Notes under the pieces: model-generated
Told to the model about the DNA's origin: nothing
Databases searched by the model: none
What the model saw: the letters and a program-made list of their open reading frames with translations, nothing else
Assembly (NCBI RefSeq): GCF_006345805.1
Contig: NC_043013.1
Location: 51,150,001-51,214,000 of the forward strand
From: Octopus sinensis
Taxonomy: Eukaryota
DNA: 64,000 bases
Direction: 5' to 3'
In this document: positions 1 through 11,566 of the stretch, in pieces
Layout of the letters: every line of letters starts with the position of its first letter
Position numbering within the stretch: position 1 is the stretch's first letter
Made by a program: the position numbers and the translations under genes

Positions 1-67
<67 letters not shown>

Positions 68-68
68 A
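1..68. repeat. (AG)n microsatellite
   Basis: Direct reading: uninterrupted AG dinucleotide run from the window start. Confidence 0.98.
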
Positions 69-538
69 AGAAGTAGAGTGGGATGTCAGAGAGCAAAAGT
101 AAAACGTTTACGAGAAATTAAGAAGATGCGATGAACAGCGACGCCTCTTTCAATCACTTGCATAACAGTTAACTCGCTGCTGACCCCTGCAGATGGATGT
201 AAGTACGAAGGGCCTAAATCTATTCATATTTAATACGTGCATGTGGCAAGCTGGAGCTCTGACTTGAAGGCTTTAGTTCAGCAGATGAACCTCAAGTCTT
301 ATTTTGAATCTAGTTCGATTGGTCAATCGATGATGAGACGCTTGTTAACGCGGATGCAGACAAACCAACATTGGTTACCCTCTATGGGTAGAAACAAACA
401 AAATGACGCACTCACACATACACACACACACACGTATACATGCATAATCAAACAGATAGAAACACACAAACACAGACATACTGACAGACTAACACGCACA
501 CACACATACATATGCGCACGTTTGTATGCCTGTGTGCG

Positions 539-930
539 CAGGGCCGGATTAGGACCCGTCGAGGCCTTAAGCACTTAAAAGATTTTGGTGCTCCCATAAA
601 AGATTATGTAATTCAAAATATAAACAACAACACACCATAAAAAAAAACATTTTATTTTTCAAAACGAAACAAAACAATATGAGGGAAAATAATGTTTATT
701 TTTTTTATAATTCCACTTTATTTAAGTTTGAAAAGTTTCCTCCTACTTTTTGGAATTGCAATGTCTTTGATCAAATCGTCAAAATTAATCTTGGATAACA
801 CATCCGCATCTATATTATTCTGTAGTGATTTCTTTTGTGCTGTAAACCATTTACCATTTCTGTGGCACCCTCTGCTTCTCTTGATGCATTAAGCACGTGC
901 TTATTTTGCATAATGGTTAATCCAGTGCTG
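539..930. mobile_element. hAT-type MITE (non-autonomous DNA transposon), 392 bp
   Basis: Imperfect TIRs CAGGGCCGGATTA (539-551) and TAATCCAGTGCTG (918-930), 10/13 match. 8-bp TSD TGTGTGCG (531-538) / CGTGTGCG (931-938). An 8-bp TSD with CAG termini is typical of hAT elements. Confidence 0.75.
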
Positions 931-1515
931 CGTGTGCGCGTCTATGATGGTTTGTGTTCTGTACATTATGTAGCGTTAAAAACAACGACCCATCGATCAG
1001 CAGCTGGGATCAGACTGAAGCAAGCAGACCGAGAAACCATTTGAAGAGAACAAATCTTTTGTTTTAAGACCAAAACTGATTGTGGTGGCGGTGGTGGTGG
1101 GGGGTTGTAGCACAAGTTATTGTTTAGTTACGTACTTACGAGTTAAACGTTAATGTTTCCACAGATTATCTCTTTTAAACGAAGCATTAAATGGGAGTTG
1201 AACGAGGAGAATAACAAAAGAAATTTCAAACTAAATGGATTTTATTGAACAAAACTAATTCACAACCTGTTCCACTTTCTCTGTTTATAAGTACACACAC
1301 AAAGACTCACATATAAATATGCATACATATCTATCTATCTATCTATCTACCTACCTATATAGATTTTTGTTTGAGCTGTGTATTAAAATACTTTTGTTTC
1401 TTCGAAGAATCCGTCCACTTTATTTGGTTCAGGATATTTCGATGTTTATATGTTCTGGTTCCAATACGTTTCTGGACTCTCAATCCTTCTACCACATTTT
1501 ACGTGTGCATATATA

Positions 1516-1888
1516 TACTCTTTTACTCTTTTACTTGTTTCAGTCATTTGATTGCGGCCATGCTGGAGCACCGCCTTTAGTCGAGCAAATCGACCCCGGG
1601 ACTTATTCTTTGTAAGCCCAGTACTTATTCTAGCGGTCTCTTTTGTCGAATCGCTAAGTGACGGAGTCGTAAACACACCAGCAAACACACAAACACACAC
1701 ATACATATATATATATACATATATACGACAGGCTTCTTTCAGTTTCCGTCTGCCAAATCCACTCACAAGGCATTGGTCGGCCCGGTGCTTTAGCAGAAGA
1801 CACTTGCCCAAGATGCCACGCAGTGGGACTGAACCGGGAACCATGTGGTTGGTTAGCAAGCTACTTACCACACAGCCACTCCTGCGCC
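1516..1888 (-). mobile_element. SINE family A (tRNA-derived, CORE-like), full length
   Basis: Head GGCGCAGGAGTGGCTGTGTGGTAAG with B box GGTTCAGTCCC, CORE-like TTGGGCAAGTG, internal microsatellite, tail GAAACAAGTAAAAGAGTA. More than 15 copies in the window. Confidence 0.93.
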
Positions 1889-1984
1889 TATATATATATA
1901 TATCCACCAATGCAGTGTTCAGCACTCATTCCATCGTCCGATATTTAGCCATGTATGTATACGTATATACATTTACACACACAA

Positions 1985-2240
1985 GAGGTTGTGTAGTAAG
2001 AAGCTTGCTTCCCAACCACATGGTCCTAGGTTCAGTCCCACTGCGTGGTACCTTGGGCAAGTGTCTTCTACTATAGCCACGGGGCGACCAAAGCCTTGTG
2101 AATGGATTTGGTAGATGGAGACCGATAGAATGAATACAAAAAATAAGTCCTGGGGGCGACTTATTCAACTAAAGGCGGTGCCCCAGCATCGCCGCAATCA
2201 AATGAATGAATGAAATAAAAGAATAAAAGAGTAAAAGAAT
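1985..2240 (+). mobile_element. SINE family A, internally deleted
   Basis: Head and tail match the 1516-1888 copy in opposite orientation; the middle section is missing. Confidence 0.88.
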
Positions 2241-2329
2241 GCATGCATACATTCATATACACAGATTGATGGACAGACAGGTTTATATATAATATCTATA
2301 TAAGTTTCTGCATACGCATTTATTTATTT

Positions 2330-2758
2330 TTATATGTATAATTTTACCCTTCTGGGCTATCTTTTACTGGAAAGCAATACTTTCGTATTGCATTACTATT
2401 TTCATTGAAACTTCTTCACTGTTATCGTTCTGTTAACGTTTTGGCGTTCAGACGAGTGTACTGGCATAGATGTGGCAACATATGAAATTTTGTCCAGGTA
2501 TATGCAGCTGATGAAGACAAATCAAATCTACGTTGTCAAACGTATTTGAAGAGTCTGAAACCGGTCCTGCATTATCCGTTTCTAGGTTTTTCATTTTTCA
2601 GATGTTCTTCCTAGAGGTAAAACAAGTTTTTTTCATGTTTGTTGCACACACACGTCTTTGCTAGTATATACGCAGTGAAGCTATACAATAGCGTCGTATT
2701 TATTACGATTGCTATTTTCCAGTAAATATCGGTGTCTTGTTGTACCATTTATTTACTT

Positions 2759-2762
<4 letters not shown>
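2330..2762 (+). mobile_element. Penelope-like terminal repeat (pLTR) remnant carrying a hammerhead
   Basis: T-rich segment ending in (TA)n and containing a minimal type I hammerhead, a known hallmark of Penelope-like pLTRs. Boundaries approximate. Confidence 0.55.
2502..2572 (+). ncRNA. Minimal type I hammerhead ribozyme
   Basis: Stem I ATGCAG/CTGCAT; core CTGATGA (2508-2514); stem II AGAC...GTCT extended by TCAAAT(CT)ACGTT/AACGTATTTGA; GAAA (2557-2560); palindromic stem III ACCGGT; GUC cleavage triplet 2564-2566. Confidence 0.85.
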
Positions 2763-2802
<40 letters not shown>

Positions 2803-2809
<7 letters not shown>

Positions 2810-2998
2810 AGCTGCATACTGTCAACTTAATGTAACAGTCCCATGAAGGGAATCAAACTACAGCTATTTAGCCCTAGGACGCAGCAACACTTCATGTCGG
2901 CCTTGAGGAAGCGTTGCTGCGTCCTAGGGCTAAATAGCAGTAGTATGATTCCCGTCATGGGACTGTTACATAAAGTTGACAGTATGCAACTACTTTAT
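2803..2998. repeat. Long inverted repeat (91-bp arms, 14-nt loop)
   Basis: 2803-2893 is the reverse complement of 2908-2998, with about 6 mismatches. Confidence 0.95.
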
Positions 2999-3069
2999 CG
3001 TAACACCACTGCATAAATCTCTCTGAGATATTTAGAAATGTAATATTTCTATTATATATGTATATATAT

Positions 3070-3235
3070 AGGGAAAATTCACCAAAAAACAAAAACAACA
3101 AAAGACAAAGACAGGTGATGTATTAACGCTCGGGAAGTGAAAAAGTCTTTAACGTTTCGAGCCTACGCTCTTCCACAGAAAGAAACAGGGAGCGAAACAA
3201 GGAGAGGAAAGAAAGAATGTGTAGTGGCTAGCGTG
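3070..3235 (-). mobile_element. Short dispersed repeat (family E) with variant hammerhead motif
   Basis: Same sequence as 33645-33815 and 60960-61152. Contains CTTT-CTGTGGA-A-GAGC-GTAG-GCTC-GAAA-CG-TT-AAAG at 3146-3183. Confidence 0.75.
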
Positions 3236-3734
3236 CCCACCTCAGTACCCTCACTACATACTCACCACTATACACACACCCATACACACTGTTCAACTCA
3301 TCACTCACTTCAGATACCATTAAAGGGACACACACCACACCTCACTCCTCGCACACTGTTTGACTGTACACACACCAATTATCACCATCCACACCCTCAC
3401 AAACACATACTACCTGAACAGAGGCAATGCACACACACACATACACGTGTGCACACACTACTTGAAAAAGCACACATCAACTGCTACACACACACACACA
3501 TGTTACACACGTTCGAGCGAGCGCGCACACACACGTCAGACTCATTCAACCGATTCACATATACACTCTCATACACACCATTCTCACATGCAAACACACG
3601 CTTGCGCACCTTAGTACGTTGGGTTCACGATTATTATCTCCCCTTCATTTAATCTCTATATTATTATCCTTCTTTCATTCAGCCTCTTTTTCCCCAGTCA
3701 AATCAGAAAGTTGGACCGCTTAAGTATATACAGG

Positions 3735-3893
3735 TTTTCTGTTTTTTCTTTCATTCTCTCCTTTTTTTCGCTTATTTCTTTCTGTCGAAGAGCGTAGGCT
3801 AGAAATGTAAAAGGCTTTTCCATTTGCCGCAAATCTTAAACTAATACACCGGCTTGTTCTTACTACACATATCTCCGTCTTCTGTTTCTCTCT
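3735..3893 (+). mobile_element. Family E repeat, diverged copy
   Basis: CTTTCTGTCGAAGAGCGTAGGCTAGAAATGTAAAAG at 3778-3813; inverted relative to the 3070-3235 copy. Confidence 0.7.
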
Positions 3894-3914
3894 GTGTATG
3901 TGTGTATGTGTGTG

Positions 3915-3989
<75 letters not shown>

Positions 3990-3992
<3 letters not shown>

Positions 3993-4396
3993 CTCTTTTA
4001 CTTGTTTCAGTCATTTGACTGCGGCCATGCTGGAGCACCGCCTTTAATCGAGCAACTCGACCCTGGGACTTATTCTTTGTAAGCCTAGTACTTATTCTAT
4101 CGGTCTCTTTTGCCGAATCGCTAAGTAACGGGGACATAAACACACCAGCATCGGTTGTCAAGCGATGTTGGGGGGGACAAACACAGACACACAAACACAC
4201 ACACGCATATATATATATATATATACATATATACAACGGGCTTCTTTCAGTTTCCGTCTACCAAATCCACTCACAAGGCATTGGTCGGCCCGGGGCTATA
4301 GTAGAAGACAGTTGCCCAAGGTGCCACGCAGTGGGACTGAACCCGGAACCATGTGGTTGGTAAAGAAGCTACTTACCACACAGCCACTCCTGCGCC
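3990..4396 (-). mobile_element. SINE family A, full length, in (TA)n
   Basis: Nearly identical to the 33226-33635 copy; flanked by TA repeats. Confidence 0.95.
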
Positions 4397-4449
4397 TATA
4401 TATATATATAAATTTGTTAGCTGATTTAGACGTTAAAATAGCCGTCTAA

Positions 4450-4865
4450 AGGATAGAAGTATCCATTACACTACCAGTATATTACCTATGTTTAACCATG
4501 GGCATACATATAGAAGCACATTATGCTCATAAATTATAGGTAAAGACATGGATAAACATTAGTTTATGGGGAATCAAAATTGAAAGAAAAGAGCAAATGG
4601 AGAAATATTGATGAACAACAACAATTAATATTTATGAATTCAATGTAAATAGACTGCGTCCCATCTTACGGCTGTTTCAGTTTCCAATGTTGTATGGTGT
4701 TGCTATTGATACGTTAGAAATATTTATACTTGGTAATAAAACCGACCTGAGACAGAGCTTCATCTGAGTGAAGAATAAATAAAGAAGAAGAGCAAAGAGA
4801 AGCAAAAGGGAAAAGTTGAATATGGTTGGAATGATACCATTTTCCTTGTGTGCCTCTTTGGGACA
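4450..4865 (-). mobile_element. Penelope-like pLTR remnant with mutated hammerhead
   Basis: Minus strand TTCTTCACTCAGATGAAGC...CATTGGAAACTGAAACAGCCGTAAGA matches the plus-strand motif at 55713-55835. Confidence 0.5.
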
Positions 4866-5695
4866 TATATATAATATATATATATGTATATATGTATGTA
4901 TGTGTGTGTGTGTGTATGTGCGTATAATATGCATCTATTCATATATATATTATATACATTTATAGAAAAGGGTGTATTTGTGTCTGTACAAAATTATAAA
5001 TTTTTGGGGTGGTACAGTATACACAAATATATGTACGTGTGTGTAAGTGTGATTGTGTATGTGAGACTGTGTGTGTGTGTGTGTGTGTGTTTGTGTATGC
5101 GTATGACGTTACACTGCATTTGTCATTTGGTCATTCAGCCTTTACAAAACCTCATCCACTTCAATCTATCATAAAATCGTAAATTCTAGAAAACCCACCC
5201 GCCAAACATTGCCTTCCACCAAATCTGAAATCTTGTACAAAAATATCAGTCTTTACCTACAACATAAAGCCTATACAGATCTCCACACACGCACACGCAC
5301 GCGCGCGTGTACACACACACACACACACACACACATGTACCACACAGATAAACATACGTATTTATGGCAACAACAGCTGTATTCCATATTCAAATGAATG
5401 ATAAAACCACAAATGGAAAAATAAAGGAAATGGTTTTTATTTTGTTTCGTTTCATGTTATTTCGTTTCGTCAATGTTTTATACGCACTCACCACACACAC
5501 ACACACGCATACGCACGAGCACACACACGCACATACACACAAATATTTATGACTATATATGTATACTTACGTATATACATATCTACTTAAATATATACAT
5601 ACATATATATATATATATGTATTTATATATACATATACGTATTTTTATACACAGATATATACATATATACATGCAAATAGTCATATATAGCTGTG

Positions 5696-5728
<33 letters not shown>

Positions 5729-5879
5729 ATGCGTATTTACATATATACATATACAGGTGGTTCTATATATCTGAATATGTATGTATGCATATACACACAC
5801 ACACACATATATATACACTTATACACGTGGTTCTATAGATGTGACTATGTATGTATGTATGTATGCATATAATATATAT

Positions 5880-5923
<44 letters not shown>

Positions 5924-7589
5924 CATATATATATTTGTGTGTGCATTCATTTAAATTTCATTTTTCCATCATTTTAATAGCTTACTGTTTGTTGTTTTCG
6001 TTATTAGTAACAACATTAACGTTTTATACTTGAAGAAAGCAACACATACAAAACAAATAATACGTATAATCCTACAACACCACCGGTGTAGATGGCGGTT
6101 TGCGGTTTGCTTTAAACATTATAAAAGTCAAACGGAAAATAACAAAGATTATATGAAACAACAACTTAAATATGAATGACACACAAACTGGGAAGAAATA
6201 GAGACAAATAAAGCGAAAAATAGCACGAGTAAATGTTCCTTATTTATGTTCAATTCTTGAGCAAACAGGCGCTATCAAACAACTAATGTTTGCTTAAGGG
6301 CAGCTTAAATATTTTCTTTATGTAAAAACAAGGGTATCCACACATACACACACACACAGATAAATATATATATATATATTAGTACGTAAACCATATATAT
6401 ATATATATATGGCTTTGAGGGACATTGAAACATTTGTTTTAACAGCATACTGATGGTTTAGTTGTGGTGTTTTGTTGTAATGTACGCCATTATGCTATGT
6501 ACTTACAACTAGTTAAACGTTAATGTTTCGTCAGATTATCTGTTGTAAAGGAAACATTAAGTTGGAAGAGAACATGAGGAATAACAAAAGAAATGTTAAA
6601 CTAAATGGATTTTATTGAACAAACTATTTTTCTTATTTCGTTTTGTCATTTAAACATCAACAATAATTTTGTTATTGTTATTCTACCAATGTAAGTGTAC
6701 ACATGCTCTCTCACTCCCTCTCTCACACACGCTCTTTTGCCAATATATATATTTGTATTTGTGTGTACATCTTTCTTTCTCGCTCTATCTATACGGGTAT
6801 ATTATATATAGGTGTGAGGGTGCGTGTATATATAAAGTTTATATGTATATATCTGCATATATCTTTCTATACAAATGTGTATATATACATATGTATATAT
6901 TTACATCGATAGATAGATAGATACAGATATGTGTATAGATACGTGTATGTGTGTACGTATGCGCCTGGTGCATGGTTGTATTCTATTAATTTGGTAAGTG
7001 TTTCTTCTGCTCGAAATGTGTGGTCTTTCAGTCCTTGTTATAGTTGCTAAGCAGTGCCTTAAGGACACTGATTTATGTAAGGTGTACTGTTTCTCTTGTC
7101 TATCATAAAAGAAAAGAGTGCCGGAAACTACAAGAATGTCCATGTTGGCCTGTTCCTCTTCAGTCTACCCCGATGTAAGCTCCAACGAAGAGCCGAACGA
7201 ATGGTGTTTATCATCTGTTTTATAAATTCACAAAATGCCCAGCATAAAAAGTCTACGGATAAGTTATATTTTCTTGTTATTAATTCTCTCTCATTCTCTA
7301 CGGAAATGCGTGTGTATACATGTGTATGTGTATACACCCCTCACACGCATTTATGACCCAAACTAAGTATGTGCATTTATACATATGAATGTAAGCACAT
7401 ATAGCTTTGAGAAAAGACTTTTATAATTATGACGTCCGTCGGCATTTCCACAAATGTTAGCGCATGTAAAAATCGGCCATTAAAATATACTAAAGTCAGT
7501 GAAGCAAATTAAAATCACTATTCTGCGTTAAGAACTTCTCATAAACTTCATGTATGATGTTGTGAGATATAATACCATGCATGTATACA

Positions 7590-8400
7590 TACATACGTAC
7601 ACTGGCCATCAACGCAGTCTATCATGGACTAACAACCGGATTAGTATCACCCACTTTGAAGGGAATGCGTTTGCAATCCAGAAACAGGAACTATCATCCA
7701 ATACCAAATGGACAAAACGGGCAGTGATGCAGGAAAATTAGTAAAATGTGACAACCGATACAGAATTTGAGGAGTTAACACCGAAAATATCCTATCACCG
7801 ATATCATAAGTTGTCCGGAAATGTCATCACGGTTTTTCTACCGATGAGACATGATGTTGTAACTGGGACACTCTATAATGAAATCCGCCTGAAGGATAAT
7901 CCCGAGGACAAAGAAATAAGAGCCCACAATATGACAGAAATCATAACAAATCATACTAAAAAGAAGTCCAGGTGGAATGTTCCAGTGAAAACCTCAAAAC
8001 GTTGACACAGTAAACCGGACATAATGATTTGGGATAGAAAGTGAAACTATGTACAGTTGTGGAACTTAGTTGTCCAGCGGATGGTAACACAAAGCTGAAG
8101 ATCAGTGAAAAAGAGAAAGCCTATGTCGAATTATTGAGAATTCTGCAGTTACTCTATCCAGGTTACAATTTCAGGTTTATTGGGACACTGAGATATGTAA
8201 CACACTGCCGAAATACCAATCTTGAGAAATTAGGCTTCTCAAAACCAGAAAGGAGAAAGCTGATTCAAAGACTACAGATCCAATCCATCACTGGAGCTGT
8301 AAGAATATGTAAAGTTTTCCCGAAGTTTAGAAGTTTATCATTTCAGTATATAAGAGCATGCCGAGATGTGCAAGTATATGCATGAGAAGAAATATGTATA
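7590..8400 (+). mobile_element. R4/Dong-like (RLE) non-LTR retrotransposon 3' remnant
   Basis: Broken frames give AFAIQKQE, a degenerate zinc knuckle followed by RHD, KPDIMIWD, VVELSCP and EKEKAY, which are restriction-like endonuclease motifs. Stops and frameshifts present. Confidence 0.8.
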
Positions 8401-8562
8401 ATATATATATATGCCCCAATATATATATATATTTTATACATATGTCTTCTCATGCTTATACTTGCACATCTCGGCATGCTCTTATATACTGAAATGATAA
8501 ACTTCTAAACTTCGGGAAAATTTTACATATTTTTACAGCTCCAGTGATGGATTGGATCTGTA
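8273..8562. repeat. Inverted duplication of the LINE 3' end (about 135-bp arms)
   Basis: TACAGATCC...GTATA is mirrored by TATAC...GGATCTGTA around a (TA)n-GCCCCA-(TA)n centre. Confidence 0.95.
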
Positions 8563-8589
8563 ATGATATATATATATATATATATGTAT

Positions 8590-8865
8590 AACAACATTAG
8601 ATGTTGTTATACATCGCTGGTCACAATGCGTTCGCATTGCTTTAGCCTTCAAATGACGCCACCCCGCTGGCTAAGCGAGCAGGCCAACAGAAGAAAGAGT
8701 GGTGAAAGAGTACAGCAGGGATCACCACCCCCTGCCGGAGCCTCGTGGAACTTTTAGGTGTTTTCGCTCAATAAACACTCACAACGCCCGGCCTGGGAAT
8801 CGAAACCGCAATCCTATCCTACGGCCACGAGTCCGCTGCCCTAACCACTGGGCCATTGCGCCTCC
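8590..8865 (-). mobile_element. SINE family C (tRNA-Arg-like head)
   Basis: Head GGAGGCGCAATGGCCCAGTGGTTAGGGCAGCGGACTCG with B box GTTTCGATTCC; further copies at 15813 and 60222. Confidence 0.9.
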
Positions 8866-8935
8866 ACACACACACATTTTATTATAATATATATATATAT
8901 TATATATATATAGATATATAATATATTATATATAT

Positions 8936-8993
<58 letters not shown>

Positions 8994-9092
8994 TAATATA
9001 TATATATATATATTATATATATAATATATATATATAATATATATATATATTCACTGAGGAAGCAGTTGGTTAAGAAATGTGAAAACATTAAT

Positions 9093-9203
9093 AAAGCTGC
9101 AAAGATATCACGAAAACTGTTACTCGGAGTTTTACGTTCCCGTTCGTCCGACGAACGGGAACCTGAAACTGAATAACAGCTTTTGTGATGTCTTTACAGC
9201 TTT
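9093..9203. repeat. Hairpin made of two head-to-head hammerhead-like units
   Basis: Perfect centre GTTCCCGTTCGTC-C-GACGAACGGGAAC (9136-9162) with imperfect arms of about 55 bp. Confidence 0.9.
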
Positions 9204-9350
9204 TGTGTGGTAAGTAGCTTGTTTACCAACCGCATGTTTCCGGGTTTAGTCCCACTGCGTGGCACCTTGGGTAAGTGTCTTCTACTATAGCCTCGGGCCG
9301 ACCAAAGCCTTGTGAGTGGATTTGGTAGACGGAAACTGAAAGAACCCGTC

Positions 9351-9403
<53 letters not shown>

Positions 9404-9620
9404 TGTGTGTGTTTGTGTGTCTGTGTTTGTCCCCTAGCATGATTGACAACCGATGCTGGTGTGTTTATGTCCCCGTAACTTAGCGCTTCGGCAAAAGAGA
9501 CCGATAGAATAAGTACTGGGCTTATAAAAGAATAAGTCTCGGGGTCGAGTTGCTCGACTAAAGGCGGTGCTCCAGCATGGCCGCAGTCAAATGACTGAAA
9601 CAAGTAAAAGAGTAAAAGTA
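9204..9620 (+). mobile_element. SINE family A, 5' slightly truncated
   Basis: Matches family A from TGTGTGGTAAGTAGC to the tail. Confidence 0.93.
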
Positions 9621-9859
9621 TATATACATATAAGAAATATTGAGTTTCTAAATATTGAGTGTATATAAGGACACAGGATAAAATGTGTCGAAGCTGTCAA
9701 GAGGCGTTCGATGCCTCCTAGGTCTATATAACGGTGGTGTACCCCCTACTGTCACGTTCTTGTTAGATTGATAGTATACAACCATTATATATATACATAT
9801 ATATAATAATAATAATACTAAGAAGAAGAAGAAGAAAGGAAATATTTTGTTGCAGCGCA

Positions 9860-10420
9860 TCAGATTGGTGCTCTATATGAGAAAAATATAACAAAAATTA
9901 AAGTGGATGACAGGTTTTCATAGCTCAACTTCCTTTATCGTGGGAAATCAAAATACATAAAAAAATATTCATCTAGATGTTAGGTTTCAAGCGCTCCAAT
10001 ATTACCATCCAAAGAAAAGTACATTTCGAGGAATGCCTTTGTATCAGGCGAATTTTCTAGCCGATACAAATAGTCGCATTTCTCTCATGAGAGGTACAAA
10101 AAAAAATCGATTAAAATAGTTTAAAAATTTGAGAAAGCTTAAAATATTTCCTACTTACAGAACTTGAGGTCATATCGCGTAATGTTATATTTCTGAAAAA
10201 TGCCATAGTATTTTTGAGAAAGTTCGCAAGGATATAGTGAAGTAAAACATTTCTGCGAATGAAAATAAAAAATATTTGTAAAAATAAAACGAGGACTCAA
10301 ATTTGATTAACCACTTAGAAAATCAGTTGGGTTGCTGATCAGAAAATAATTAAAAATAAGGAGAACCATCTATGCAGAATGTTAGTCGGAACAGTCTAAA
10401 AATTCCCTTGGTACTTGTAA
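9860..10420 (-). mobile_element. Possible highly decayed Penelope-like element
   Basis: Minus-strand fragments loosely resemble the C-terminal region of a GIY-YIG ORF; there is no intact motif. Confidence 0.3.
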
Positions 10421-10688
10421 TCTATAATTTACAATGATCGCTAACTTAAAACTTATATATAGTAGGTTAATAGGTTCGAATGCGACGCTAAGGCTGTGAA
10501 TCACCAAGATTCCAAAGTATAAAGAATTTTACGCTTAAACTTTAAGTTGATCAATTCTCACAAAAGTGGATTTTTTTATTATTATTTCATTTAGGCAAGT
10601 CTATGTTCATAAGATCAGATTCTATCCTATCTACTTTAAAAAAAGAATTAATCGTAGCTAAATACTTATGCCTACATACAATTATGTA

Positions 10689-10764
<76 letters not shown>

Positions 10765-10782
10765 AATTCAAAGAAGTTATCA

Positions 10783-10868
10783 TCATCTATAAAATAATGA
10801 TAAAGCAGCCAGCAAGCATAATCCAAATACACAAAATATATAATAAAAAGTCAGGGTATAAAATGCAT
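10783..10868 (-). CDS. Candidate terminal coding exon, hydrophobic tail (D)AFYTLTFYYIFCVFGLCLLAALSLFYR*
   Basis: Acceptor TTAACTCCTCTTTCAAACAAACAG; 86 nt, phase 1; a paralogous copy lies 380 bp away with its stop at the same position. Confidence 0.25.
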
Positions 10869-11162
10869 CTGTTTGTTTGAAAGAGGAGTTAAAACCTTCA
10901 AAAGCCACATATCTCTCACTATAATTTAAACACGCACGGAGGAAATAGCAAAAATATTTCTCCGAAACAGCCGTCTCACAAAATGTAAATAGGAGAATAA
11001 ACATCCTAACATCAATTGATTTCGCTATCTGTGTCGGACCAACACTTTAAGCTCATCAACTAAGCTTACTATGTAAACCATATCAAAAAAACATATTTAC
11101 TTTCCCTTTGTTCAGCTGAAGGCCCTGCGAATTCCAAACGAACCTTAGGGAGCAAGTTATCA

Positions 11163-11248
11163 TTATCTATAAAATAATGAGAAGATGGTTAGCAAACCAT
11201 GTCCAAATCTGCAAGAAATATAATAAACAGTCAAGGTACAATGTGCAC
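11163..11248 (-). CDS. Candidate paralogous terminal exon (G)AHCTLTVYYISCRFGHGLLTIFSLFYR*
   Basis: 62/86 identical to 10783-10868 with no indels, the same acceptor, and stop TAA versus TGA. Confidence 0.22.
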
Positions 11249-11334
11249 CTGTTTGTCTGAAAGAGGAGTTAAAACTATCGAAACCACGCATATATACGTA
11301 CATATACATACATACCATACACACACACACACAC

Positions 11335-11389
<55 letters not shown>

Positions 11390-11566
11390 CAAAATAATGG
11401 TAACAACTAGCATCATAGCATCATAATTTTGAAATATCTATAAACCGTCAAAAACTTGTTTATTTTTATGATTTTGATTTATTATTAGTTTGGCTTAATA
11501 ATGTTTTGCTAAAATTGCTGTTTCTTTCCAGATATAATCAGAAAATGGTAATTAAAATTCATTAAA

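Noticed and set aside
193-198. 6-nt micro-exon CAG|ATGGAT|GTAAGT
   Set aside because: Very short pyrimidine tract; such a match is expected by chance and has no independent support.
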